From the NCBI GenBank assembly GCA_000165425.1, contig CT867997.1, positions 434,001-498,000 on the forward strand: a stretch of 64,000 nucleotides of DNA, written 5' to 3'. The DNA is from Paramecium tetraurelia (lineage: Eukaryota). Of the stretch, positions 28,401-45,776 are shown piece after piece (position 1 is the stretch's first letter; every line of letters begins with the position of its first letter). The notes beneath the pieces were generated by a model. That model worked only from the letters and a program-made list of their open reading frames with translations, had not been told where the DNA came from and made no database searches. The position numbers and the translations under genes were made by a program.

Positions 28401-29071
28401 TTCACCTCTTCATTTTTTTTCAAGTCTTCATTTGTCTCTGATTATTCATCTTTTTTTTTTGTTTCATTAAATTCTTTAATGGCTTATGAGATCAATTACC
28501 TTAATAGGTTTGGCTCATTACTTATGTGTTGTAAAATTATTTATGAATTATCTCCTTCGTAAAAACTATTAAATATTTCAGTTAAACAATTTTTAAAGTT
28601 ATTATAAACCAGCAAATTAGTTTTATCAACCTTTGTCCTATCAACCCCATTTTGTTCTATTTAAACCTCTTTTGTTCCAAAATCAACCTATTTTGCTCCT
28701 GAAACAACCTTTTTGTTTTTTTTATCATCATCTTTTGCTTCTTTATTAACCTCTGTTTTCTCTAAATCAACGTAAGATCTTCTTAATTAGTAAATTTGTT
28801 TTTATGAGATGTTATATTGCTATTGATATTCAATAATATAATTAATGATTTTATCTTATTTAGTCTAAGTATCTTTAATATAGCAACCTTTTTCACCAAA
28901 CTCTTTGTTTGAGAAATCAATAATCTAGATTAGTTGCTAATAATTATCATGTCTTTGAAAAGTTGTGTTAAATCTGAAAAAATTTTACCTGAATTCTTCC
29001 GAATTCTCATATTTTGGATTAGAGTTCTTCTAAGATCCTTGAACAAGCTCTGTATTCACTTTTGGTCGCAT
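25407..29071 (-). CDS. Large hypothetical protein (about 1200 aa), beta-rich C-terminal half
   Basis: Frame from MRPKVNTELVQG to KETVVHLE*; spot-checked as open in several segments, not end to end. Confidence 0.6.
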
Positions 29072-29887
29072 TTTGTATATTATAATATTAATTAATATAA
29101 ATTTTATGAAATTCTCTAAGCCAAATCAATCCAATACTCAAACTTATTACTTGTTTAAAAACTTATGACCTTATCAATTGAAGTATTTTATTAAGAGAAT
29201 AGAAATAGTGATGAGATAAAATATCAGAATTTATAAACCTGTAATTAGTATAAATTAATAAACCCGAATGTCAATTTTTTTTATTTATTTTCCTTTCATT
29301 CTTAAATAAGGGTTTTAATTGAAATTGTCTAAAGTTCTTCTTATTTAAAATCTTTTAAGGAAACTATTTTAGCCCTTTTAAAATATTTTTTCAATTTAAG
29401 CAGTTTAACAAAAGGATTGAACTAATAGAAAGATGATTTTTAATATTCTACTCTTTAGATTAAAGCTGTATTTAACAAGATAAAACCAAGGGTTGTTAAT
29501 AGAGTATTTTCATTATTTTTATTATCTCCAATGATACCTTTTTTAATTGATATCATAAAAATATATATGATAAAATTATTATCACAATTTTTACTTTTTC
29601 AAGGGTTTCATAAAGGAACATAAGTAAATTTAGGATTGTTTACACCAGGATAATCACTTTTTAGTTTTCTAAAGACATTTTAAATTTCTTTAAATTTTTC
29701 TTGATAGGTCTTGATTGATGGAATTAATTTATATATTTTAAGAAATTAAAATTTAGCTTTTTTAAGAAGGGATGATCTTGGAAATGAGCTAATTTCTTTG
29801 AGGACGGCAAGGGTTGCTGCGAGAGATGAAAATTTATGAATGAGATTATTTTATAATCATGATTTTCTATTTAGTATTTTGATGCTT

Positions 29888-32148
29888 TCATAATATATTT
29901 AATATTTATTTTTATGTTAATGGTTTTTAAAATAAGCGATCTGCTCCTTCTTTGATGCACTATTATCTCGTTTCTTGATCATCAAATGCGCTAAGTATAT
30001 AAATTTTAGCATTTTTGTTAAATTTTTTAAAGTCTCTTATACATTAAATTCCACTCTTATCAGGTAAATTGACATCCAGTAATATCATATCAAATTACTT
30101 TTGCTTAACCATTTAGATTGCTTCACTGGCAGAGTAAGCTATCTAAATTTAATTCACTCCACATTATTAAAACAACTATTTATTAGTTGCATTATTAAAT
30201 AGTTCATCATCTACTAGCAAAACACTTCTTTATTTATTTTAAGGAGTTTACTTAGGTATTTTCTAGTATCGCACTTAATGAATCTAAATTGGTTAATCAT
30301 CCAAATTGTCAACATCATCTTGATGAACTCTATAAATAACAAACTAAAAATTGGTTCCAACTCCAATCCTACTGTTAATGTAAATATATTTCAGAGGCCC
30401 AATATATCCACACAACTATTTGCTAATCATTAATCCTAGTCCTACTCCATTCCTATTATTTGAAGATTTCTTTACCTATTCTATTTTTTCTCACCATCAA
30501 AAGTGCTGTAACTTTTGAATAACTAACCCTTAACCTCATCACTAATACCCACTCCCGTGTCTGAAACTGTAATCAAAATCAAATTATTTAATTATTCATC
30601 TAACTAACACAAACTTTGTTTCGACTTATTTTGTTTCATCTAATTCTTAACATTGACATAAAACTCCTAAATGTCCTAATTGTTATCCGTTATATTCAAC
30701 GAAATATGTCCATTGGAAGTAAATTTCGAAGAATTGGAAATTAAATTAAATAAAACCTACTTTAATCTAACTTCATCATTTTTTATCAAGGTGTCCTCTG
30801 CTTTATTTTTAATATGAAATTCAATTTACTTTATTTACAATTACAATTAGAAAGCTTATTAAATTTACTAGCAAAGATTTAAGATATCAAATTCTGTTAT
30901 AAAAACCTTCAATTTTTACATTTTAATCATCTAAAAATCAGATAAATCCTTAACAAAACTTTATAAAAATATTATGTTATTGATGCAAATATCAATAAAT
31001 TGAACACTCTATTATAGATCTTACTGCTATTGGATTAATTTTTATAAATCATCTTAAACAAATAAAAGTGTTTAATAAATGGCCCCAATAGGGTTTTTTA
31101 AATCATGACTAACTGTGGCAAGAATGTTATCTTTATAAGAATCTAATTTTTTCAATTCCATCACCAATTGATCATCTGTTATGTTGATGATAGTGATTGC
31201 ATAACTCTATTATCCTTTCCAAGTGCATTATTGCATATTTATTTTATAAGTTTAATCATCCAATTATGCCTGTGCAATAAAGGGTGCTTACAAAAATAGA
31301 TCCTAATGATTAAGACTTTCTAATATATTTGTTGACTTAGTAAAATAATGGTCAGTTGATTTATTTCCCTCATTATTATACTCATGGTCAGTCTGGAGGA
31401 TGAACTATTCTAATTTCCTTAAGATATTAGTTTATGCTCCGAATTTCTTCAGAAATGGCTTATTTACATATAGAACCTCATGGTTTCTGACCTTTTATTA
31501 AATATCAATAAAAAATTACATTTAAAACAACGAGGAACTACTTTTCATTGATATCAAATAGTTATTCGCATCCCTATAGCTTTCTGCATCTTTGGCAATG
31601 CTGAATTAAGGGAATGTTAAGGATAGTTTTTTTTTATTCGTCACAAATAAATTTAGATAAATTGTACATAAAATTAACCAAGAGAATATTTGTTCTCCAT
31701 TATTTAACACGAAATTTTCAGGTTTCAATGTCTCATAAATTACTTAAAATCCCAAATAATAGAACACCTTCATTGCGTCTAATTCTATTGCTGAGGAAAC
31801 GTAAATCAAGTAAATAAACAAAAAATCTGACGTTTAAAATTTATACAAATAAAGTGCTGAAAACAATAATGAATGCAAAACTCTTATTAAAGGATTTATT
31901 TTTGTTTTTAAATGTATTAAAACTATTGAGCTTAAGCTTGAAAGAGATAAAAGGAAAAATGTTATTGCATATAAATTAGGCAATAGTCTGTACCCCAATA
32001 ATAATTCCAACACACTCTTAAAAACCTCCATTGCAAAATTAATCTTCTTCTATGCTTACACCAAGGCCTCCTACTCCTGGTCCATTTCTTATTGAGACAA
32101 AAAGGGTTCTTTTATTCTAAAGAGTCTTATTAATTTGGACAGATACAT
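29888..32148 (-). CDS. Membrane-bound hybrid histidine kinase (HisKA + HATPase + receiver)
   Basis: H-box LATVSHDLKTP, N-box RLKQVLFNLISNSSKFT, G1 VSDTGVGI, G2 GVGLGLMIS; receiver VLLVDDE...ILLDVNLPD...FQKP; N-terminal TM helices. Confidence 0.93.
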
Positions 32149-32761
32149 AATTAATAAAAAATTTATTAAATGTAAGACAATCGATGCTCCAAATGAAATA
32201 AGAAATTTACAAATATTAATCTGTGTAGAATATTAACGAATTGCAGAAGCAAAGATCACTAAATAAAAAGTTATTATAAAAATGGGAAGAAGAGGTTCTA
32301 CTCTTCCTAGCAAGAGCTTAAGAAATTTAAATAAAACATAATAAACCATCTTTTTGATGAGATAGATCAATAAAAATTGATCGTATAATATGGAATTTGC
32401 AGTTATAATTTATATTGCTTCGAATGAAAAATTATTAGTTAGCCAAATACATATGCAATGTTAATAGAAAAAGTTTAATACTATATTTAAATCCTGGAAA
32501 TAGTCTGAAGTCACTTAGGGTTAGTTCTGTTAAAAGTAATTGCATATCTTTAAAATTGATTTTTGAATGATCTATTAAAATTTGGTTAAATTCAGCAATA
32601 TGAGAACGAATTACACGAAATAATCAAGTTCAATAAAATAAAATAATTCTTATGGAGTGATTACTAATTAAACGTAACAACAAAAGACTATTGTTCCAAT
32701 ATTTTAAGATTAAGAATAAAATTATTCCTTCGAGAATTCAATATTTGTAAAAATTAGCTAA

Positions 32762-34995
32762 ATGAGTGAGTATACATAATTTTGAGTATAAATGAAAGAT
32801 CTATTATAGTATAAACAAACTCATATTAATTTTTGGGTTTTTTTGTGAATCAAAAAATATAAGAATTTTACAGTTTAAAAGTGGGGTGGTGCTTATGATA
32901 TAATAATAGTCACACTTAAATAAAATTCTTATAAATAGGAAATGGTCTAAAACTATTGAACACTGAAGATCTTATAAGAAAATTGAAATAAAATAAATAG
33001 TATTATGATTAATAATAATTTATTATGATTAACTCTTAATCAGTGCCTAATCTTTAAAATTCAAGTGCATAACCAATAAGTGAACCAACTTTGGAGTAAA
33101 TTAATAAAAAGTAGTATGGAGATACTTTGCGATAGTAAATTGAATAAAAGAAGATAAGAGAGTAGTAAGAGAAAATTTAAGAACGACTTATGGTTATTAA
33201 TTTTAAGTTATTAGCTAGGAATTATAATTGTAAAATCAACTAAATGGTTAAGCAAGAGGAGGAGGAGGTGCTCCATTACGAGATTTTTATGGAAATATAA
33301 CTGTAAATAATAACATTGTGTTTAGACAACCAGAAGAAATCCTATGGACCCTAATTCGTCATCAGCTTAAATTTTCGGTCAATCTAATTCATCTGTTTAA
33401 TTCAATTAACCGGATTATTTAAGTGCTAGTCAATTACCTATTTAAACACAAAGACTAGTAACTACAAACCAAAGTATGATAAATCTGCCCACTTAAAATA
33501 ATGTAAGATATTTTTATATTCAGAGTATGAATCAAAGTTAATTAAGTCAAATTGGAGAATAGATAGCTTAGGCAGAAAAAAAATAAAAATAATTTGTTTT
33601 ATAAAGAGAATTACTAACATAAATTGAAATAGCAGAGAAAAAGAAGTAAGAAGAGAAATAAAGAATAAAGAGAGACAAAGAATTAGATGACTTAAGAATA
33701 TTAAGAGAAAGGGAAGAAATAGAAAGAAGAATGAAAGATGAATTTGGAATTGATAAATTGGAAAAAAGAAATCTTCAATAATCAAATTTTGATGTTGATG
33801 GTTTAAAAGCATTAAAAAGGTTGGAAATGTTAAGATACTAAAACGAATTAATTGAATAACAAAATAGAAAAAATGCTAAAACAGGAGTCAGACAAAGAAC
33901 TCCTGTTTAAGAAGCTGAAAAAGCTTATAGAGACTAAAAGAATGACATCCTGCAGTCTAGAATCGAATAGAGAATTATCAAAGAGTTACCTATTGAAGTT
34001 GAAAAGACTGTGAGAGATACAGTAAATGTTGAATTACATAGATTGAGATAAGAAATGAATCTTCAAACTAATTAAGTATCTGAATAGGTAGTTTCATTAA
34101 AGAGTCAATTAATGAAAGCAAACGAATAGAGACACTATAACGAAGAATAAATCAGAAAACTAAAAGAAGAACTAAGATCAACCTAAATCATTGATGAAAT
34201 TCGATAAAGAGAATTATATTAAGCATTTCAGAATTAAGAAAGGACTAGATAAATAATAGAAACAGCTTAAAGATAAAAAACACCAGATGCAATAAAATAT
34301 GCATTTCCAAGAAGATAAAAATTAAATTCCAACCCATACGACCCATTCCTAGGAAGTAACGAAGATGTCAATAAAGATTTATATGAAATAATCACAGACA
34401 ATACTTAAATTGGTCCTGCATCTTAAGATTTTTAAAAAGGATATAATCTATAAACAAAAGAGAAGAATTAAGATCAAAGACTATAAACTGAAGAAGACCA
34501 TACAATAATTAATCATAGAATGGGCTCAGAAATAAGGCATAATGAGTTTGATTTACCTGAAGATTATCTAAATCGTTAATAATTGTATATTGCTAAAAGT
34601 TATTTGGATTCTAAGCCTGTTAATAATTATGATTATACAAAAATAGAAAATAATTCAATTATTCCAAAATCAGATTATGTTTCTTTGATTAGTAATACCC
34701 ATCCTTATTACATGCAAGAATAGGATGAAGTTAAAGATGTAATTTAAAGATATTCTAGTATTTTATTTAGTTTATATCTATTTTAGATAAACTTGATAGA
34801 TTAGAAGATATAGATCTTTTATAATAAAAGAGAGACTTTAATCAAATGGACTATGCATTATAAGATTTATTGGATTAGTAAAGTAATAAAATAAATAAAC
34901 ATGAATATATCAATGACCCTATTGAATATAATGATTATTATTCAACTGATTACTAAGAAACAAATTTTTATAATAAAATGAATAAATTATCTTGA
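32762..34995 (+). CDS. CSPP1/CCDC66-like centrosomal or ciliary coiled-coil protein
   Basis: YGDTLRQQIEQKK...RGGGGAPLRDFYGN resembles the CSPP1 GGGGAPLRD motif; start uncertain. Confidence 0.6.
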
Positions 34996-35717
34996 CTGAT
35001 TATTATAATATTATTATTTATATATTCTGTCACACAATACTTCATAACACTTACTAAAATTCATTTATTAAAGTTTTAAATAATTAATCATAAAAAAAAC
35101 AAGAAATCATAATTAAATATTTTAGTAATTATTCAATAAGAAATATAAGTAAATGTTATTATTTTATTAACTATTGAAAGAAGGTTTAGAAGTCAGTAAG
35201 CCAAAAGTAAGTCGTTTATTAAGATTTAATTATCTTTTTCTAAAGTATTATTTAAAGATTTATTCTATTTGAATAATATCAACACCTCAGGCTATATCAC
35301 AAATCGAGAATAAATTAATATAAAAAAAATTAACTTTATGACATTCCTCCATTAGCATAGTCATATTAGAATTAAAGGTTTAAAAACTAATTTTATCTCT
35401 ATTTATTTAATAATTTCATTATTTAAGATATTTTTTACCCAAATATAGTTTTTAAAAACAATATACTATGGCAATAAGTCACACATAAGTCTACTGGGTT
35501 CAATCGCTTCTAATTGATGTAGTTGATTTGAATTTTATTTCAAGTTTTTTAATTCATTACATAATGTGATTATCCATTTTTTGATAATTTCTTTAGGGTG
35601 ACCTGTTAAAAAAAGTTATAGTTCTAAAATTTTGAAAGGATATTGGTAGTATAATATGAATAGTTAAGTTATTAAGAAAGTATTTATTTAATAATTGAGT
35701 TTAGTTAGAATATTAAA

Positions 35718-38700
35718 ATGGATATTCAAACTTAATAATTAAATGTATAAGTTGCTGTCAGAGTTAGACCTTTAAGCAACAAGGAACTAAATGCTAAGGA
35801 TGAATGTTGTTTGAAGACTGAGGACAACAGAGTATTAATTACAATGAATATAGATAATTTTGCCACAAAGTGGGAAAATATTTACTTTTGACCACGTATT
35901 CAATTAGGATTCCAATTAAGAAGAAATTTTTGAATGGTAATGACTAGAATTTCTAAATTTAGTTGTGTAACCAATTTAATCCTAAGATGCTTTGAGGGCT
36001 ATAATAGTACAATATTGGCATATGGCCAAACAGGTTCTGGGAAAACCTTTACAATGGGAACATCAGGTTTGGATCAATATTCTGGTTTAATATTGTGATT
36101 AATGCATAGACTAAAATGAATGGGGAATGATACCAAGAGCAGTATATTTTTTATTTGATGAAGTGGAGAAGAGGAAATAGGAATAGGAAATAATTATTAC
36201 ATGTTCATACGTAGAATTATATAATGAATAAATAATTGACTTGCTAAATGAATCTACAATGAAATCAAATTTATAACCAACAATAAGAGAGGAAAAGGAT
36301 CATACAATTTCAATTTAAAATTTGACGACAATAGCAGTAATTAATCCATAAGACATGCTTCAAATATTAAATAAGGGAGGAACCCATAGAACAACAGCAG
36401 CAACTCAAATGAATTTGAATAGTTCGAGATCCCACGCAATATTTACAATTTATTTTGAAATTAACCGGGAATCTGAGGAAGGGTCTTTGAGTGCCAAATT
36501 CCATTTTGTTGATCTAGCTGGTAGTGAGAGACTAAAAAAAACTATGGCTATAGGTAAGCAAATGGAAGAAGGAATTAACATTAATTAAAGCCTTTTGGTG
36601 TTAGGAAATGTAATTAAAACATTAAGTGATTAAAAAAAATCAGCTCATGTTCCATATAGAGAAAGTAAGTTAACTAGGTATTAAAAGATCTAAATAATTA
36701 TATAGAATTCTACAAGATTCCTTGGGAGGTAATTCAAACACCTACATGATAGCCTGTATTTCACCATCAGCTAGTAATTATGAAGAAACAATTAATACTT
36801 TGAAATATGCTAGTAGAGCAAGAGAAATTAAAAACAAGCCTACTCAAAACAGAGTATTTTGATATTTTTATATAAGGATCCTCATGCTGCTTAAATACTG
36901 TAGTTAAAATAATAAATATTTGGTCTTTAGGATCAAATCAAACAATACTCCTAAATACTCTAAGATAATAATATCAATACAGATTCTGTAAAATCAATGG
37001 CTATTTAAATTTATGAATCAATTTCTCCGAGTTCTGGACCATAATAAAATTGCTCAGAACATGGAGAGACTATTCTTAAATTGAAGAACTAAAATTACCA
37101 ATTAGAAAAACAATTAAATAGTGTACAAAAAGAACTGTAGAATTCTTAAAAAGGTTTGAGTGAAAGTATGTTGGAATCTTATAAAGCAAAGAAATAAAGA
37201 GATTAAATAATGAAGCAATTTTAAGATGCAAAGAAGTAGTGTGTTAATATATTTTAGAATTTTATAAAAATACAATATCTAATACAATTTTAATGAGGAT
37301 CAGCAGATGGATACATATTATAACGAAATAGCTAGTTTAAAGAAAGTTGTTTAAGAACAAGAGCAAAGGATATTCCTCTTGTAATCGAATAATGATTAGC
37401 TATTAAAAGTAATGTATTTTGATACATAACTTAGTACAGGAAGCACGCAGAGATCAAAAGCTATTGAGATAAAAACAACATGAATTAATGAGAATAGAAA
37501 AGCAAAAATAAGATGTAGATTAAATTGATGACGATTTTGAATTAAATGATTCTGAATTAATAGAAAAAGATCTTCAAATTGAAGAATAGGAGTAGCAGCT
37601 ACAGGAACTTGATAAAATAAAGATAGAGACAATTCAATTATTGTAAGATGATAAACAGAACTATTTAAAACAAATTTCTATTTTAGAAGAAGAGAAGGCT
37701 AAACTACAAAAGCAATTGAATAACAAGTAGGATTCTGCTTAAATGAATTCACTTAAATTTAAAATATAAGAGTATGAAACTAAGATTTTGGACATGAGAT
37801 AGAAGGAAATGACATCCAAATAATTGTAAAAGAAGTTAGAAGATTAAGAATGTTAAGTAAAAGAACTAAGAACTAATATTGAACAAATGAAAAAATAGAA
37901 AGTTGATCTGATTAAGAAAATGAAATAAGAGAATGAGAAATACATTAAAGACAAAGAGTAAAAGCATAAAGAATTGATTTATGCCAAAAAATAAAAAATA
38001 TAGCAAGATACTTTAGTAAGTAAATTGAAAAATGAAAATACTAAGAAAGATGTCTAATTGAAAAGGAAGGAGGATGAATTATAGAAATAAAAGAATGAAA
38101 AATTGATTGTCAAATAGCATAATCGTTATAATCCAAATAAATCTTTATAATATGACACATTTGAAAAATAAATTGATGATTTGTTTACAGAGTTAGTTCT
38201 TGGAGAATAGGCTGAGGAATAGATAACAAAAGAGTACTCTAAATTAGAGGAACTTTAAGAAGAATTAAGATAAATTGAAGTTAAGATATGTTCATTACAA
38301 ATTAAAATTGATTAACTTCAATTTGATATGACTTAAAATAGTGCAGTTTGTGGCATAGAAAACGTTTAATAATATGAATTAGAATTGAATGATTTTTAGT
38401 AAAAAAGAGAAAATATATCAGAAACAATAGAATTTTAAATTAAAAAAATTGACGATTATCGAGTGATTTCCTAGAAAGCTAACGATTACTACACCATAGT
38501 TTTAACAAATTAGTATTTCAAAGATTTACCGAATTGGTGTACAAGGTCATTCAGATATGTTATTGATAATTGGGTTAAAGATCATTATTAAATGACTTTA
38601 TATGCCCAATAAATAGAGGAATTAAACTAAACAAATTAGGAACTCATTAATGCAAAGCCTAGTCCAATTAAAAAATCAATTAGATAAAATACTCCTATAG

Positions 38701-40091
38701 ATGATCTCAAAAGGTAGATAAATGAGTACAAAAGAAAACTTTAAGCATTACAAAACTAATATAGAACCACAAGCATAGAATTAGATTATTATAAAAACTT
38801 TTATAGCGAATAAATAAATAAATAATAAAAGGATAAATCAATAGGAATAAGTTAATAACTATAGCATTCTTAATCATTTCATTCAATTAGAAATTCAATC
38901 ACTAAAGAATAAAAACAAGAATAACTACCTCTGGCTTTGACCCATGTAAAGTCATTCGGATAATTAGGATCAAGCATGAGAATTAGGAATTCTGTATCTC
39001 AACATTGGATTACTGAATAGTTAAATTCGTCTCAAGAGATTATTAATTACGAGTAAAAATTAATATTACTTTAGTATTGTGAAAACTCTTTAAGGACATG
39101 ACCAACCAGTCTTATCTTTATATACTAAAGATAATATTTTGTGTTCTGGGTAGTATAAATAATTGAAAGTTTGGGATATAGAATCTCAATAACTTATTAG
39201 TACAATTGATCAAAGTAATCACTGTAGATCCATCTATTATTGGGCTGATAGAGATGCTTTTGCTGTTTCACATGGATCTTAAATATCATTATATGATCCT
39301 TTAACGTTGATGTGTAAAGGATTACTTAAGTCTTCTATTGAAGAAATCAAATCAATAACTAGCATCAATGGATTATTGGTCGCAGCTGGAAAATCGATCA
39401 ATTCTAATGCCTTAAATATTTGGGATTCCAGATAAAATACGTATTTAATCAGCCTATTTAAGTATTCTGTACGAATTCGAAAAAGGTTCTGATATCCTAA
39501 GTCTTTATGGTTCTGATGAAAACTCTGAATTGATTTATGGAACTTTGAAGCATTATACAAAAAGGATTCCTTTCAACAAAAATAAATATAATCAAATTTA
39601 ATAGTTATAGCCTCCTTAATTAGATAAAGTAACTGGAGTTGCTTCTTTTGGTGACTATATAGTGAGTTGGTAAGGAATTTTCATAATTAATTTAGTTCTC
39701 TGAGTAAGAGAATGTTGCTCTGGAATTAGCAAACAGGGTTAGAAATTACAACAAATGATAGCATTCATAAGGATTTAATTACAGCTTTAACAAGTATATT
39801 TGATATTCATCTCTAGTTGATAAAAGTCTAAAATTAATTTATACAGCTTCTAAAGACGGTAATGTTAGGGCCATAAAAGTTAATGAAGATGGAAAATTCT
39901 AGTTACTACATGATATTACTGCTTCAAATGTATGATTATTCTAATTTTAGTAATAAATTAATGCTTTACATGTCATTTAAGATAATCATTTAGTTATAAG
40001 TGGAGGATAAGATAAATTAATTAAAATATGGAAACCATCAAAAAATTTATTACAAATGTAAAATGCGATTGGTGAATTTATTGTTGATTGA
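35718..40091 (+). CDS. Kinesin-4 family (KIF21-like) motor with coiled coil and C-terminal WD40 repeats
   Basis: [53 protein letters not shown] repeats (LKVWD, LNIWD, SGGQDKLIKIW). Confidence 0.95.
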
Positions 40092-40132
40092 TTAAAATTG
40101 ATATTTATTTCAAATTAACGAAATATTTAAAA

Positions 40133-44417
<4,285 letters not shown>

Positions 44418-44461
44418 TAAATTATAATAAAATTAAAACAAATTTCGCATAGTCATATAAA

Positions 44462-45666
44462 TCATTTCAGTATAGTTACCAATTATTAAACAAGCATTCG
44501 ATCATACTATCCTCCAGCTTGATGATTCATTTAAATCCATTTATGAACGGCCATCTATTCCAATCTCAATCTTTATGAGGGATCCTTCCTCAAACAGCAC
44601 TTTGAAAAATCTTATAATTCATTAGAAACATATTTAGGAAAATCAACTCTACCTTCTATGATCTTTCTCATGGTATCTTCTTTAGATGATTAATAAAAAG
44701 GAGTTATTCCTGTTGTTAATTCATAAGCTAGAATGCCTATTGACCACAAATCAACTGAGTGATCATAATCTTATCCAGAAGCTATCTCAGGAGACATATA
44801 ATCAATGGTGCCACAAAAAGATTGCCTAGGTTTTGATTCTGGTGAATAAGTAGCTAGCCCAAAATCTGCAATTTTTAAAAATTACTAATTTTATTCATTT
44901 GCCTTACTAGACTAATAAGTATATTTTCTGGTTTGATATCTCTATGGATTACTTTCATTTTGTGCATGTATGAAATTCCTTCAACAATTTATGCAATATA
45001 ATTTCCGGCTTTATTCTCACTGAATCTACGATTAGGTTGCTTCTTTAGTAATTTATATAGTTCCCCATCAGGTGCATATTCTAAAATTAAAACAATCTAT
45101 TTTATATTATTCAATTAAATACTTTAGTTTATTCTTAGAATACCCCAAATAATTTAAGGATGTTTGGATGATTGAGATAACTCTAGATTTTGATTTCATG
45201 GGCCAACTAAGCCTCCATTTTATATTTGCTAATAACACTTTTTTGGATTACTTTCAAAGCTACTAGTACTTTTGATGTTTTCTCTCTAACCTTAATTATA
45301 ATTTTACTATGCTTAAAACACATCGCTAAATTTACCTTTTCCTAAAAATTTTCCTATATGAAATCTATCTGATATATTTTGGTATTTGGGACTCAAAATT
45401 TCTGCTGCCTTTAGTTGCATTCTCAAAGTGGAATTATGGACAATGGATGAAATTGGAGATGGACAGTCTGTAGTTTCAGGAGTTCGAATAGGAGATTTTG
45501 ATGCACATTGTCTCAATGCTGGTTTTTCTCTCGTTTCAATGGATCTGCTGTTATGTTGAATAATTAAGGGAACATTTGTTTTTGGAAGGACAGGGTCAGG
45601 ATTGTTGATTTTATTATTTTCTTCAGATTGAATGATAAGCTGTGTCAATGCTGATTATAATCTCAT
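44462..45666 (-). CDS. Aurora-like Ser/Thr kinase
   Basis: FHIGKFLGKGKFSDV, EIKIQSYLNHPNIL, LEYAPDG, HRDIKPEN, DFGLA, SFCGTIDYMSPE. Confidence 0.9.
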
Positions 45667-45776
45667 TTTAATATTCTTTATTTATTAATCTAGCTTGGTT
45701 GTTGTTTAAACTACTTTTTACCATTCATTGTCTTCGGATTGCATAATTGAATAATAATTTATTGAATATAATTTAT

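Noticed and set aside
32170..32760. Short plus-strand ORF MLQMKQEIYK... divergent from the histidine kinase
   Set aside because: Only about 57 codons with no recognisable motif; cannot be supported.
35000..35700. Long AT-rich gaps (also 4400-5320, 49000-49600, 60770-61440) as IESs, transposons or ncRNAs
   Set aside because: I found no terminal inverted repeats, transposase fragments, telomeric repeats or RNA-gene motifs by eye; retained IESs cannot be called without MAC/MIC comparison.
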